From the IMG/VR virus record IMGVR_UViG_3300031942_000005, positions 1-57,643 of that record: 57,643 nucleotides of DNA; one strand, written 5' to 3'. A program made the translations under genes and the position numbers. The notes below the pieces were generated by a model. The model searched no databases. It worked only from the letters and a program-made list of their open reading frames with translations, and was not told where the DNA came from. Below are positions 33,114 to 43,891 of this stretch, piece by piece. The DNA comes from a virus. Lineage: Duplodnaviria; Caudoviricetes. Within the stretch, counting starts at the first letter, position 1. Every line of letters begins with the position of its first letter.

Positions 33114-35230
33114 GGATCATCGACAGCCCCACCGAGGGCAATCTTTTCGTCAATCCCAACGAGACGGCGGAGTGGGACATCACCGTGCACGGCAATGTGT
33201 CGGTGGCGATCCAGCCCGAGCCCGACTACGGCGTCGTCACCCACCTGTTCCTCATCCTGCGTGACGACGGGAACAACAACGAGCTGACCTTCGCCGACAC
33301 GGTGCACCTCAACCGCCCGCTGGGGCCGCTCACCGTGGACGCCATGTACCTGCACCTGGCCTCCCTCGACGGCACGCACTGGTACCAGGACGCCCAGGTG
33401 GACACCGGGGGCTCCGCGGCCGTACCACCGGGCGGTGGGGGAGGAACCCAGGGGCCACCGGGACCTCCGGGCCCCCAGGGCATCCAAGGTGACCCCGGAC
33501 CTCCCGGGCCACAGGGCGATGCTGGCCCCGAAGGCCCCGAGGGCGCCACCGGGGCAGATGGAGCGCCGGGACCCCCAGGGCTGGACTCCACTGTGCCCGG
33601 GCCTGTGGGCCCACAGGGGGAGACCGGACCGCCCGGCGCCGATGGCGTGCCGGGCCCTGCGGGAGCGGACTCGACCGTGCCGGGCCCCGAGGGCCCCCCT
33701 GGGCCTGCGGGGGTGGACGGCGCGGTGGGACCCGAGGGCCCCGCCGGCGCCGACAGCACGGTCCCGGGCCCGGTTGGTCCCCAGGGCCCCCAGGGCCCCC
33801 AGGGAGACACCGGCTCACCGGGCGCAGATTCGACCGTGGCCGGTCCACAAGGCGACCCCGGCCCCGCTGGCGACACCGGCCCGGCCGGGCCCCCGGGCCA
33901 GGACTCGGTGGTGCCGGGGCCTGCTGGACCCGCTGGCCCTCTGGGACCACAAGGTGATCCCGGTCCGGAGGGACCAACGGGAGAAATGGGCATCCAAGGC
34001 GATCCCGGCCCAGCTGGCCCGGCCGGGGCAGACTCCACCGTGCCCGGACCTGCGGGCGCTGACGGCCCACCGGGACCCCAGGGCGAGCCCGGCCCCGCGG
34101 GTCCGGCCGGTGCCGACTCGACGGTGCCGGGGCCTGCCGGACCACAAGGTGACCCCGGGCCGCCGGGCGCGGACAGCACCGTGGCCGGTCCCATGGGGCC
34201 ACAGGGTGACGTGGGGCCTACGGGCGCAACCGGACCTCCGGGCGCGGACTCAACCGTCGCAGGCCCTCCTGGCGCCGACGGGCCACCCGGCCCCGCGGGC
34301 CCTCCCGGCCCTGAGGGACCGACCGGTGCAGACTCCACCGTGCCTGGCCCCGCAGGGCCGCAGGGTGTGGCCGGACCGGCTGGCGCGGACTCCACGGTGC
34401 CCGGCCCTGCCGGACCGCAGGGCCTCCAAGGCGATCCCGGGCCTGCCGGGCCGCAGGGACCGCCCGGGCCGGGCTACCAGGCCAACGTCGACGTGCAGGC
34501 GTACACCACGCCGGGCAGTTTCACCTGGACCAAGCCCGCCAACATCACCATCGTCCACCTGATGTGCCAGGGGGCCGGTGGCGGCGGCGAGAGCGGGCAG
34601 TCCTCACCGGCCAACACCGTGGCGAACGGCGGGGGCGCGGGTTCGGCCGGTGGCTATACCGAGGCGCCGTACCTCTCGGCCGACATGTTCCCGGCCACCC
34701 TGACCATCGCGGTCCCGGCCGGTGCGCCCGGCGGGGCCTCGCCCGCGACCGGCCAGAACCCCGGGCAGACCACCCCGGGCGGGGCCTCGGCCACCGACGG
34801 CACCGGCAAGGTCTACTGCTTCGCCGGAAACGGTGGGGGTGGTAGCGGCGGCCAGCCCGGTGCCGCGGCCACCGACGCGGCCTTCGTCGGTGGCGTGGGC
34901 GGTCCGGGCGGTCAGAGCGGCGAGCTGGGCGGCAGCCCTCCCGAGACGACTGGCACCTACTCGGGCGGGGGCGGAGGCGGCGCGGCCGTCGACGACCTCG
35001 GTGACACCGACATAGGCGGCGCCGGTGGCGTTCCGGTCGTGTGGGGCTGGGAGCAGGGCCTCGGGGGCGAGGGCGGAGCCTCCAACGCCAACGGGACGGG
35101 CGACGACGGGGCGGACGGCACGGCAGGCGGAGGCGGAGGAGGGGGCGGGGGCAACAATGGCCGACCCTCGTTCCAGGCCGGGGCGGGCGGCAAGGGCGGA
35201 GACGGCTACGTCGTGGTGATCTCCTGGTGA
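33110..35230 (+). CDS. collagen-like fibre protein with glycine-rich C-terminal domain
   Basis: Long Gly-X-Y run interrupted by DSTV; [10 protein letters not shown]...GAGGGG...[11 protein letters not shown]. Confidence 0.85.
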   Translation: MRIIDSPTEGNLFVNPNETAEWDITVHGNVSVAIQPEPDYGVVTHLFLILRDDGNNNELTFADTVHLNRPLGPLTVDAMYLHLASLDGTHWYQDAQVDTGGSAAVPPGGGGGTQGPPGPPGPQGIQGDPGPPGPQGDAGPEGPEGATGADGAPGPPGLDSTVPGPVGPQGETGPPGADGVPGPAGADSTVPGPEGPPGPAGVDGAVGPEGPAGADSTVPGPVGPQGPQGPQGDTGSPGADSTVAGPQGDPGPAGDTGPAGPPGQDSVVPGPAGPAGPLGPQGDPGPEGPTGEMGIQGDPGPAGPAGADSTVPGPAGADGPPGPQGEPGPAGPAGADSTVPGPAGPQGDPGPPGADSTVAGPMGPQGDVGPTGATGPPGADSTVAGPPGADGPPGPAGPPGPEGPTGADSTVPGPAGPQGVAGPAGADSTVPGPAGPQGLQGDPGPAGPQGPPGPGYQANVDVQAYTTPGSFTWTKPANITIVHLMCQGAGGGGESGQSSPANTVANGGGAGSAGGYTEAPYLSADMFPATLTIAVPAGAPGGASPATGQNPGQTTPGGASATDGTGKVYCFAGNGGGGSGGQPGAAATDAAFVGGVGGPGGQSGELGGSPPETTGTYSGGGGGGAAVDDLGDTDIGGAGGVPVVWGWEQGLGGEGGASNANGTGDDGADGTAGGGGGGGGGNNGRPSFQAGAGGKGGDGYVVVISW

Positions 35231-35766
35231 TCCGGCGCTGGTACGAGAACGGCCTGCTGATCCGCGAAGAGCGGGGCGAGGAGCTGGAGCTGCCGACCAG
35301 CGAGATCGCGGAGCCCTTGGCCGACACCGCCGCCCTTGGCCTGGTGAAATCGATGGAAGAGCACCGGGTGACGATCGGGGTGGCCTACCCCGCCAACCTG
35401 GCGGACGCCAAGATGGCGAAGGACGGGCACATCGACTTCGCCTCCAAGGATGTCGTCGAGCAGATCGCCTGGCGCTGGATGAAGGAGCGACAGCAGGTGG
35501 GGCTGCTCCACGAGAGCGGCACCGAGGGCCACGGCCTCGTCGTCGAATCAGGGATACACCGGGGGCCCGACTGGATCGTGAAGAATGCGGACGATAGCGA
35601 GACAGTGGTGAGCGATGGTGACTGGCTCTTGGGTGTCGAGTGGGACGAGCCCACCTGGCGCTGGATCAAGGCCAATCCCAGTGCGGGGTACTCACCTCAA
35701 GGTCGCGCCGGGCGCCGCGAACCGAGCGCCGAGGCGCTGGCCGCACTGAGGAGTCGCGATGGCTGA
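35227..35766 (+). CDS. XkdF-like putative prohead serine protease
   Basis: GVAYPA...DGHIDF...GLLH...VVES...GDWLLGV...GYSPQG. Confidence 0.75.
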   Translation: MIRRWYENGLLIREERGEELELPTSEIAEPLADTAALGLVKSMEEHRVTIGVAYPANLADAKMAKDGHIDFASKDVVEQIAWRWMKERQQVGLLHESGTEGHGLVVESGIHRGPDWIVKNADDSETVVSDGDWLLGVEWDEPTWRWIKANPSAGYSPQGRAGRREPSAEALAALRSRDG

Positions 35767-37654
35767 CACCATGATCGAGGAGCTGACGGAGGAGACCGAG
35801 GCCGAGCGGGTGGACGCCGTGGCCGGGCCCGCCACCGGCATCCAGTTCCTCCTCCTCAAGGCAGAGTCGCCCGAGGGTGTGACAGAGCTCGAGGCGGCGC
35901 AGATCGCGGCGCACAGGGCTGGCGAAAAGATGTTCAAGCAGCAGCGCCACAACCCCTCCGGGCAATTCAGCGGCGAGACCGAGGGCGAGCGGCTGATCTC
36001 ACGTGACGTGACGGCACGCACCACGGCAAAGCCCAGCGGCCACCTCGTCGGTCAGGTCCACACCGCGGCGGGGGGCGCCACCCACGCCGAGTCTGCACGG
36101 CGCTCCACCTCGTCGGGGCGGGTGGACACCGACCCCGAGCACGACCGCATCATGGAGGCGGGCGCCGGGCTCGAAGCCCCCGAAGAAGCCGGGGCGGCGG
36201 GGCGCGAGGCGAGCGAACTCCAAGGGGTGGTGACCAAGGCGGCCCACGAGCTCATCGGTCAGGCCTCCACCTTCGAGGAGCTGGCCCAGGCCTGGGTCGA
36301 GTTCCAGTACGCGACGTGGGAGAAGGCCAAGTACAGCGCCGAGGACAAGCGCAAGCTGATGAGCCAGGGCAAGGCCATCGCCAACGAGAGCGGCGACCCC
36401 TCCTACCCCATTGCCGACGAGGAGGACCTGCACAAGGCGATCAAGGCGGTGGGCCGTGGAGGCGGTTCCCACGACCGCATCCGCCGTTACATCATCCGCC
36501 GGGCCAAGGCCATGGGCAAGTCCGACGCCATCCCTGAGAACTGGACCTCGGGGGGGACCAAGGGCAAGGTCTCCAAGGCCATGGGCGACGTGTACCTCGC
36601 CATGGACCCCGAGAACTACCTCGACGACGTGGCCCAGGCCCAGGGCACCGCCGAGCCGACCGCAGCGACCCCCCATGCGCCCGCCGCCCCCGCGCCCGCA
36701 GTGGGCGGACCGCCCGGGAGCCCCGAGTGGGAGGGCGCCGACGCCGGGCTGCTCACCATCGCGGCCGAGAAGCTCGCCATCGTCTGCAACCTGCTCTGCG
36801 AGGCCAAGCAGCGCGAGTACAACGAGGTGATGGTCGGGCTCAGTGCCGACCAGGCCGATGTGGATGCCCTGTGCGAGGCCAAGTGCGCGGTGGACTGCGC
36901 CCTGGGCATCGTGGCCTCCCTCGCCTTCAAGGAGGGGGCGGAGGGCTACCAGCTGACCAAGGATTCACTGACCGAAACCGACGTGGAAGTCTTGCGGCGA
37001 GCCCTCTCGTTGCTCGAAAGTGGAGAGCTGACCGATACGTACCGCCAACCTGAGGAGGTGTGGGACTTGGGTACCCTCACGAAAGAAGACCTCGCCGACG
37101 TCGTTGGCGGGGCGGTCAAAGAAGGCATCAGCCAAGGGCTGAGCGCGGCCTTCGCCAAGATGAGCGAGACCGAGGCGCAGCCCGAGGAGGAGGCGCCGCC
37201 CAACCCACCGGGCTCCGCGCCACCTGAGCAGCCGCCGGTCGTGCCCTCGCCCCCGGCCCAGCCACCCGCCGAGGAACCGGCCACCGAGGAGGCCAAGAGC
37301 GAGTTCGCCATGCTCAAGGAGAGCCTCGACGGCTACTTCTCGGGCATCGACGAGCGCCTGGCCGCCATCGAGGGCCAGCCCCAGGCCGGTGGCCCCATGG
37401 TCGGCCCCCGCGGTGCGGGCTTCCGGCCGGGCCAGCCACCCCGCGGCACCCCCGACACCGGCGTGCCGCGCGAAATATCAGATCTCCGGAGCCAGATCCA
37501 AAAGGCGGAGGCGGACGGGAACACGATTCTCGAGACGCGCCTCCGCGAGGAGCTGGGACGAGAAGTGCTCTCCCGCGCATGGGCGGGTCAGGGGTATCCC
37601 GCGACCCAGAGCCGTGTCCGGGCGATGCAGTTCACCGAGAACGCCGCTCGCTAG
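35759..37654 (+). CDS. head maturation/scaffold protein
   Basis: Between protease and capsid; SYPIADEEDL..AI.AVGR...IIRRAK..G...IPENW domain; acidic Pro-rich C-terminus. Confidence 0.7.
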   Translation: MADTMIEELTEETEAERVDAVAGPATGIQFLLLKAESPEGVTELEAAQIAAHRAGEKMFKQQRHNPSGQFSGETEGERLISRDVTARTTAKPSGHLVGQVHTAAGGATHAESARRSTSSGRVDTDPEHDRIMEAGAGLEAPEEAGAAGREASELQGVVTKAAHELIGQASTFEELAQAWVEFQYATWEKAKYSAEDKRKLMSQGKAIANESGDPSYPIADEEDLHKAIKAVGRGGGSHDRIRRYIIRRAKAMGKSDAIPENWTSGGTKGKVSKAMGDVYLAMDPENYLDDVAQAQGTAEPTAATPHAPAAPAPAVGGPPGSPEWEGADAGLLTIAAEKLAIVCNLLCEAKQREYNEVMVGLSADQADVDALCEAKCAVDCALGIVASLAFKEGAEGYQLTKDSLTETDVEVLRRALSLLESGELTDTYRQPEEVWDLGTLTKEDLADVVGGAVKEGISQGLSAAFAKMSETEAQPEEEAPPNPPGSAPPEQPPVVPSPPAQPPAEEPATEEAKSEFAMLKESLDGYFSGIDERLAAIEGQPQAGGPMVGPRGAGFRPGQPPRGTPDTGVPREISDLRSQIQKAEADGNTILETRLREELGREVLSRAWAGQGYPATQSRVRAMQFTENAAR

Positions 37655-37694
37655 GGCGGCATGACCGCCCGAGAGGGCGGAAAGGACACCAGCG

Positions 37695-39194
37695 ATGGAC
37701 GCAGCTCCGCTGTTCGACCTCGCTGCGGTAACAGACGAGACGCTGGGCGAATGGATGAAGGCCCAGACGGCCGGCATCTTCACGTCCACTGGCATCGTCG
37801 GGATCGACCTCACCGGGCTGATCTCGCTCGTGCCCGTCGTCACGCCGCTGCGAGATTCCCTCCCCCGCGTCACCCCGCCCACGGGCGCCAAGACGACGCA
37901 GTGGCGCGCCTTGCTCAACGTGAACGCCTCCCAGCCCAACGCCGCGGTGGCGCTGGACTACGCGGGCGCCCGCGTGCAGTTCTCAGAGCAGGACGTGTCG
38001 ACCGCGTACACGGCGCTCGAACTGGTGACCACGATCACCCGAGACTCGGTGCAGGAGGCCCGCAGCTATGCGGACGCCCTGGCCATCGGCACGATGCAGA
38101 ACCTCAACCAGGTGCTCATCTCCGAGGACATCAACCTGTTCTCGGGCCAGGCCTTCCCCCTGCCGACCATCGGGACCGTGACCCTCACCACGGCGAGCAC
38201 CGGCGGCACGATCGCCAACTCCACGGCGATCCACGTCGGGGCGGCCGCGCGCTCCTCGGAGAATTACTTCTACGGGGGCTCCGGCGTGCAGTCCGCCGAC
38301 GCCACGATCACCACGGGCACCTCGGGCTCGGGCACCAACACCGTCACGGCCTTCGTGCCCGCGGTCAAGGGTGCCGCCGCCTACGACTGGTTCGTGGGCC
38401 CCACCTCGGGTGGCCGCTTCTACTACACGACCACCACCACCAACACGGTGACGATCACGTTCCTGCCGACCTCCAACCAGCCGGTGCCCACCACCTTGGC
38501 CTTCTTGAGCACCACCGCTCCGGTGGGGCCCGGGCCTACGGCTGACACCAGCTACAACGCGATCTGGATGAACGGCATCTACGCACAGATCGTGGGGGAC
38601 TACGGCGCCAACGCCATCGTGACGCCGGGCACCGGGACCAACTCGGGGGCGTACTTCAAGTCCAACGACGGCGCCGCCTTCACGGTGGTCTCCGCCGGCA
38701 TCCAGCAGCTCGACGACCTCAACCTGGCGCTGTGGAACAACGCGCTCTTGAGCCCGACGCGCTACCTGATGGCGGCGCAGCAGGCCGCGGACATCACCAC
38801 GATCCTCACGGCCTCGGGCCTGGCCTACACGGTGCTGCCCCCGACCGATGGGCAGGCTCGTGCCAACTTGGCGGCGGGCCAGTACGTGAAGTGGTACCTC
38901 AACAAGGCCGTGGGCGGCTCGCCCATCGCCATCGAGGTGCTGCCCCACATGCCCCCGGGGATGATCGTGGCGATCTCCGACACGATCCCGTACCCCGGCG
39001 CCAACATCGACCACCCCTTCAGCGTCAGGACTTTGGACGATTACTACGCTTTTGAATATGCCCCTAACTACGCACCAGGCGTACAGGGTGGCGGTCCTCG
39101 CAACGACGTAGCCGTCCGCTGTTTGGAGACGGCGGTCGTCCGGGCGCCTGTGACCTGCGGCGTGGTCTGCAACATCGCCCCGACCGAGCTGTAG
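37695..39194 (+). CDS. major capsid protein
   Basis: Position after the scaffold; 499 aa; PVVTPLRDSLPRV; highly biased codon usage. Confidence 0.8.
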   Translation: MDAAPLFDLAAVTDETLGEWMKAQTAGIFTSTGIVGIDLTGLISLVPVVTPLRDSLPRVTPPTGAKTTQWRALLNVNASQPNAAVALDYAGARVQFSEQDVSTAYTALELVTTITRDSVQEARSYADALAIGTMQNLNQVLISEDINLFSGQAFPLPTIGTVTLTTASTGGTIANSTAIHVGAAARSSENYFYGGSGVQSADATITTGTSGSGTNTVTAFVPAVKGAAAYDWFVGPTSGGRFYYTTTTTNTVTITFLPTSNQPVPTTLAFLSTTAPVGPGPTADTSYNAIWMNGIYAQIVGDYGANAIVTPGTGTNSGAYFKSNDGAAFTVVSAGIQQLDDLNLALWNNALLSPTRYLMAAQQAADITTILTASGLAYTVLPPTDGQARANLAAGQYVKWYLNKAVGGSPIAIEVLPHMPPGMIVAISDTIPYPGANIDHPFSVRTLDDYYAFEYAPNYAPGVQGGGPRNDVAVRCLETAVVRAPVTCGVVCNIAPTEL

Positions 39195-39310
39195 TCGGGC
39201 ACCCTCCTCGCCCATAGGAGCGAGGTCACTGGCCTGCCGGGCGGGGTCGGGGAGAGGCTGCTCTCCTGCCCCGGCCCCGCCTCGCGGGTGCCAAGATCGA
39301 GAGGAGAGCA

Positions 39311-39760
39311 ATGTTCATCCAACAGATGCACCGGGAGCAGAAGGTGGTGACCGCACCCGACGGCCGGGCGCTCTACACCAACGTGGTGGTGCCCACCACC
39401 GACAACGAGCTGCTGGCCCACGACGACCGCGAGTACAAGACGGTGGGCAACGGGGTGTTCGAGGTGCCCGACGACCTGGGCGCCGAGCTGGTGGGCGGCC
39501 TGTTCCGAGAGGTGGGCGGGGCCGACTCGGCCGAGCACGTCCGCGCCCGGGTGGAGCTGGCGAACGCGGCCACGGTGCCGCCCAGTGCCTCCGCACCCGC
39601 CGCTGAGGCCGAGACGGCCGAGGGTGAGGGGGAGGAGCCCACCGAGGCGTCCGAGGAGCCTGAGGAGCCCACCGAGCCCCACGAGGCCAAGAAGGCGACG
39701 GCCACCAAGAAGGCGGCGAAGAAGGCCCCCGCCACCAAGAAGGCCCCGCCGCGGGCGTGA
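39311..39760 (+). CDS. hypothetical head-associated protein with Lys/Ala tail
   Basis: GAGGAG RBS. Confidence 0.75.
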   Translation: MFIQQMHREQKVVTAPDGRALYTNVVVPTTDNELLAHDDREYKTVGNGVFEVPDDLGAELVGGLFREVGGADSAEHVRARVELANAATVPPSASAPAAEAETAEGEGEEPTEASEEPEEPTEPHEAKKATATKKAAKKAPATKKAPPRA

Positions 39761-39761
39761 C

Positions 39762-40373
39762 GTGCAGGTCATCTGCCCCTACGAGCCCGAGCCGCACTGG
39801 AAGACCGCGACCAGCCTGACCGAGCACATGCCCGTGGAGGTCAAGTTCATCGAACTGGGCCCCGACCCCCAGGCCTACTGGCGCCTCCTCTCGCGCATGT
39901 TCTACGCCGAGGTGGCCTTCATCAACGTCGAGCACGACATCGAGGTCCACGAGGGCGTGTACCCGGCCTTCAACTACTGCCCCGAGCCCTGGTGCACCTT
40001 CGCCTACCCCTGCTCGCGCGTGACCCCCGAGCTGCTAATGGCACCGGGCCGCGGCCTGCCGCCCCAATTCGCCCTGAAGATGAACCCCGGCCTCGACCAC
40101 TACGTCTACACGGCCCTGGGGTGCTGTCGCTTCCGCGAGCCGCTGCTGCGCGACTGCCGCGAGCTGGTGGTGCGCCTGGGCGAGCGCACCGATGGCGCGC
40201 ACGTCCCCGAGCACATGGTGGACCAGGCGCGGCACTGGAAGGGCCTCGACGCCCATATGTCGAGCGCCCTGCGCCAGCGCGGCTACGAGCCCCACGTCCA
40301 CGGCACCGTCCTGCACCACCACGACTACCCCGCCGGGTGCGCCTGCGGGGACGACGCCTGCGTGGCGGTCTAG
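39762..40373 (+). CDS. putative glycosyltransferase (GT-A-like)
   Basis: FINVEHDI (DxD-like), LGCCRF, W.GLD, C-terminal His cluster. Confidence 0.5.
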   Translation: MQVICPYEPEPHWKTATSLTEHMPVEVKFIELGPDPQAYWRLLSRMFYAEVAFINVEHDIEVHEGVYPAFNYCPEPWCTFAYPCSRVTPELLMAPGRGLPPQFALKMNPGLDHYVYTALGCCRFREPLLRDCRELVVRLGERTDGAHVPEHMVDQARHWKGLDAHMSSALRQRGYEPHVHGTVLHHHDYPAGCACGDDACVAV

Positions 40374-41377
40374 TGGTCGCCCCCTACACCCCGCCGCTGC
40401 TCGCCAACCCCGTCGTCAACCCGCGCGTCGGCGGCTTCGTCCGGGCTCAGCCCTACATCTCGATCAGCCAGTACCGCTACGCGCCCACGGCCATGGACAC
40501 CGACTCGCTGATGACCGAGGGCAGCCCCACCCAGGCCGACCAGGACCAGAGCCTTGCCAACGTGGTGAACCGGGTGACCAGCTGGATGAACGGCAAGGTG
40601 TTCGGCTCCTCCCCCAGCGCCAAGGGGGCCTCGCTCTGCTGCTCTCAGACCACCGAGGACCTCTGGGTCTTCGAGCTCAAGGGCCAGTACAACCTGGAGT
40701 GCTCCTACACCCCGATCCTCCAGCTCGACGCGATCGCCATCGGCTCTGACCCCTCCAACGTGGTGGCGCTCGACCAGGTGAGCGCCTCCATGGCGCGCTT
40801 CGGGCACCGCACCATCTACGTGCCGGCGGTCTCCCAGGGCTTCTTGGGGGCCGGGCCTCAGCCCGCCCTGACCTTCAACCGGGTGGGGCCCGACGGCAAG
40901 ACGTACTGCGTGTGGACGTACACCAACGGCTACCCGCACCTGGCCCTCCAGACCTCGGCCATGGCGGGGGCCGTGACGCTCACGGTGGTGCCCAATGGGC
41001 CGGGGACGAGCCTGCTGGGCGTCTACCCCTACACCACCTTCGTGATCGAGGACGGTGTGGACACCGAGAACGTCTCGGTGGTCGGGGTGACCAACAACGT
41101 CTTGCAGCTCGGCGCGCCGCTCAACTACGCCCATACCGTGCCGGCCCCGCCCGACTTCATCCCGGTCACCGCGCTGCCCGCCGACCTCCAGCAGGCGGCG
41201 ATCTTCCTCACCACGGCCTTAATCAAGACCCGGGGCGACGCCTCTTTCACTCTTGACGGCGCGCTGGAGCCCAGGGGCATGGCGGTGCAGCGGAGCGCCT
41301 ACGACGTCTCCTACGACATCCACAAGGCCTGCGAGCTCCTCGACAAGTACCGCATCCCCTCCAAATTCCGCTCGTGA
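40373..41377 (+). CDS. head-tail adaptor
   Basis: PYIS..QY N-terminus; YTNGY; LPADLQQAAI...ELLDKYR C-terminus. Confidence 0.7.
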   Translation: MVAPYTPPLLANPVVNPRVGGFVRAQPYISISQYRYAPTAMDTDSLMTEGSPTQADQDQSLANVVNRVTSWMNGKVFGSSPSAKGASLCCSQTTEDLWVFELKGQYNLECSYTPILQLDAIAIGSDPSNVVALDQVSASMARFGHRTIYVPAVSQGFLGAGPQPALTFNRVGPDGKTYCVWTYTNGYPHLALQTSAMAGAVTLTVVPNGPGTSLLGVYPYTTFVIEDGVDTENVSVVGVTNNVLQLGAPLNYAHTVPAPPDFIPVTALPADLQQAAIFLTTALIKTRGDASFTLDGALEPRGMAVQRSAYDVSYDIHKACELLDKYRIPSKFRS

Positions 41378-41985
41378 CCCTCATAGACCCGCTCACCGAG
41401 CTGACCTCCAACCGCTCGCTCGTGCGCCAGAAGATCGCGGCCTATCTCGAGCGCGGCCTGGCCGAGGGCGGGATCCTGTCGGCGGGCCGGGTCTTCGCCC
41501 ACCCGCCCAAGCTGACCAAGCAGAGCGACCTCTACGACCTCGCCCTGCCGGGCCAGCCCGATGGCGCCGCCATCTTCTTGTACCTCACCGGCCAGGACGA
41601 GTACCGCATCGCGCTGGGCGGCGTGCCCAGTCGCACCGTCCCGGGCTCAGGCGGGCGCAAGGGCCGGGTCTACGCGCTGTCCCTGCTCTGCTACCTGTTC
41701 TGGAAGGGCCCCGAGGCCGAGGGGGCCGACGAAGCCAACGACGCCTTCATCGACTCGCTCACCAACTGGATCCAGGCCGACCGCAACGCGGGGACCCAGG
41801 CCACCACGCTCGGGGGCGACGGCTCGGGGGTCATCTTCTGCTGGGGGGAGGGGCCCAACCCCGGCTCCATCCCCGGCGGCAAGGATGTGACCGTGCATAC
41901 TGCGTTCCCGAAGCACATTCGAGGCGAGGGAGTGATGGTCTTCAACATCGTCGACGTGAGCGTCATCGCGATCCTCCAGACCTGA
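41374..41985 (+). CDS. tail completion/terminator-like protein
   Basis: Position in the neck region. Confidence 0.55.
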   Translation: MTLIDPLTELTSNRSLVRQKIAAYLERGLAEGGILSAGRVFAHPPKLTKQSDLYDLALPGQPDGAAIFLYLTGQDEYRIALGGVPSRTVPGSGGRKGRVYALSLLCYLFWKGPEAEGADEANDAFIDSLTNWIQADRNAGTQATTLGGDGSGVIFCWGEGPNPGSIPGGKDVTVHTAFPKHIRGEGVMVFNIVDVSVIAILQT

Positions 41986-42293
41986 TGCCGTACCGCAAGC
42001 AGCCCGCGGTCTACACCTACCGCTGGGCCGGTGACTACACGGTGGGCCTCGGCCACCCCTATACGACGCCCGAGGGCCACGCCGCCCTGCTGGTGCCGGG
42101 CGAGGAGTTCACCCTCACCGAACCGTTCGACCACGAATTCGCCCTCCCCCGTGACCCAGAGCACGCCCCGCCCAAGGGATCAGCCCACGCGAGGCGGCGA
42201 GCGGGCAAGAATGAGCCACAGAGCCAGGAGAGCGAGCCAGAACCAGAGGCTTCCGAAGCTGAGGAGTCCGAGACAGAGGAGAGGCCCTCGTAA
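41985..42293 (+). CDS. hypothetical protein
   Basis: TGATG coupling; its 3-prime end carries the RBS for the tail tube gene. Confidence 0.6.
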   Translation: MPYRKQPAVYTYRWAGDYTVGLGHPYTTPEGHAALLVPGEEFTLTEPFDHEFALPRDPEHAPPKGSAHARRRAGKNEPQSQESEPEPEASEAEESETEERPS

Positions 42294-43264
42294 TGGCCGT
42301 TGTTGATTACCTCACACAGCAATCGTGGTTCGGCGTCGCCAAGGAGACCACTCCGGGCACCCCGGTCACCACGCCGCAGTTCTTCGTGCCGATGCGGTCG
42401 CCCAAGCTCGCCCCCAAGCTCAAGTGGCTGCCCGACAACTCCATGCTGGGCAGCCCCTCGTTCACCAACGACCTGGTGCCGGGCAAGCGCTACGACGACT
42501 TCTCGATGAAGCACGGGCTCTATATGGATTCCATCGGCCACGAGCTCATGGCGATCCTGGGCGTGGACAACGTGACGGGGACGGGGCCCTACCACCACAA
42601 ATTCCAGCTGTACAACAACCCGGTGGCCGGTGGGCAGCCCCCCAGCTACACGCTCGACTTCTTCGACGGCTACCAGATGCGCCAGCTGGCCGGCTCCAAG
42701 CTGAACACCCTGGAGCTGAACTGGAGCGCCGACGGCGAGGTGGAGGTCACCCCCAGCTGGATCTGCCAGCCCGAAGTCGACGTGGTGACGCCCGTCAACA
42801 CCCCCTCGACCGCCCACTTCGTGCCCGGCTGGGACCTGGGGGTGACGATCAACTCGGTGGCCTCGGGGATCATGGTGAGCGGCTCGCTGACGATCAGCCG
42901 CAACGCTGAGCCGATCTTCGTCTCCGACGCCACCCAGGGCGCCCACCAGCTGTTCAGCGGTTACATCACCGTCAAGGGCAAGGCGAAGTTCCTCCTCGAA
43001 TCGGGCACCATCAACTTCTTCGGCGCCACCGGCATGGCGCGGAGCCAGATGCCGGTGGTCTTCAACTTCACCGAGCCGGTGAGCGGCTCCACCCTCACCT
43101 TCACCATGAGCGCCTGCCAGTTCATGAATCCGACCAACGACCCGGGCCAGAAGTACGTGCAGGTGGACACCGAATTCGAGGGGGTGGGCAACACCACCGA
43201 CGCCGTGTCGAGCTTCTCGCCCATCCAGGCCACTCTCACCATCCCCCAATCCACACCGTTCTAG
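42293..43264 (+). CDS. major tail (tube) protein
   Basis: FGVAKETTPGT...PYHHKF...PPSYTL; precedes chaperone and tape measure. Confidence 0.88.
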   Translation: MAVVDYLTQQSWFGVAKETTPGTPVTTPQFFVPMRSPKLAPKLKWLPDNSMLGSPSFTNDLVPGKRYDDFSMKHGLYMDSIGHELMAILGVDNVTGTGPYHHKFQLYNNPVAGGQPPSYTLDFFDGYQMRQLAGSKLNTLELNWSADGEVEVTPSWICQPEVDVVTPVNTPSTAHFVPGWDLGVTINSVASGIMVSGSLTISRNAEPIFVSDATQGAHQLFSGYITVKGKAKFLLESGTINFFGATGMARSQMPVVFNFTEPVSGSTLTFTMSACQFMNPTNDPGQKYVQVDTEFEGVGNTTDAVSSFSPIQATLTIPQSTPF

Positions 43265-43288
43265 GCCCTGCGGGGCGAAGGAGAGCAG

Positions 43289-43891
43289 ATGCAGACGAGA
43301 GTGAACTTCCCCGACGGGACCTATGCGATCCTGCGCGAGAAGGTCAACGTGCGGGGCCGCAAGATCATGGAGCGCACCTCGATCCCCGCGCTCAAGGCCC
43401 TGCGGCGCATCCGGGCCGCCCGCAAGGCCGCCGAGGTCCAAGACGGCGACCTCACCTCCGAGCAGGAGATGATCAGCTACTCCGAGGCCGAGATCGAGGC
43501 CATGCAACGCTTCGAGATGGCCGGGGTGATCGCCATGCTGGCGCACTGGACGCGCGAGGACCCCCTGCCGCGGACCATCGACGAGCTGGAGGAGCTCGAC
43601 CCCGACGTGTACGAGACCATCGCCACGGCGGTACGGCCCGAGCTGTGGAGCCTCATGGGTCGCCCGGCCGTGACGCCCGACGATGCGCTCGACGAGCAGG
43701 GCAGGCGTCTCGTGGATTCCCCTACTGGGCCCTCGAACGGCTCCGCCAACGGAAGCTCGCCGAGGGTAAGCCCGCTCGAGATCGTCCCAGTCTCCCCCCA
43801 CCCCGAGACATCGACCGAGTCCTCCTCGACTGGTACCGAGAATTCCAGTTCCGAGGAGTCCACACCGGCCTCACCCACGAGCAGTACCTAG
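43289..43891 (+). CDS. tail assembly chaperone (G)
   Basis: After the tail tube; WT.E.PLP.T...LEELD; Ser/Thr-rich tail. Confidence 0.75.
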   Translation: MQTRVNFPDGTYAILREKVNVRGRKIMERTSIPALKALRRIRAARKAAEVQDGDLTSEQEMISYSEAEIEAMQRFEMAGVIAMLAHWTREDPLPRTIDELEELDPDVYETIATAVRPELWSLMGRPAVTPDDALDEQGRRLVDSPTGPSNGSANGSSPRVSPLEIVPVSPHPETSTESSSTGTENSSSEESTPASPTSST

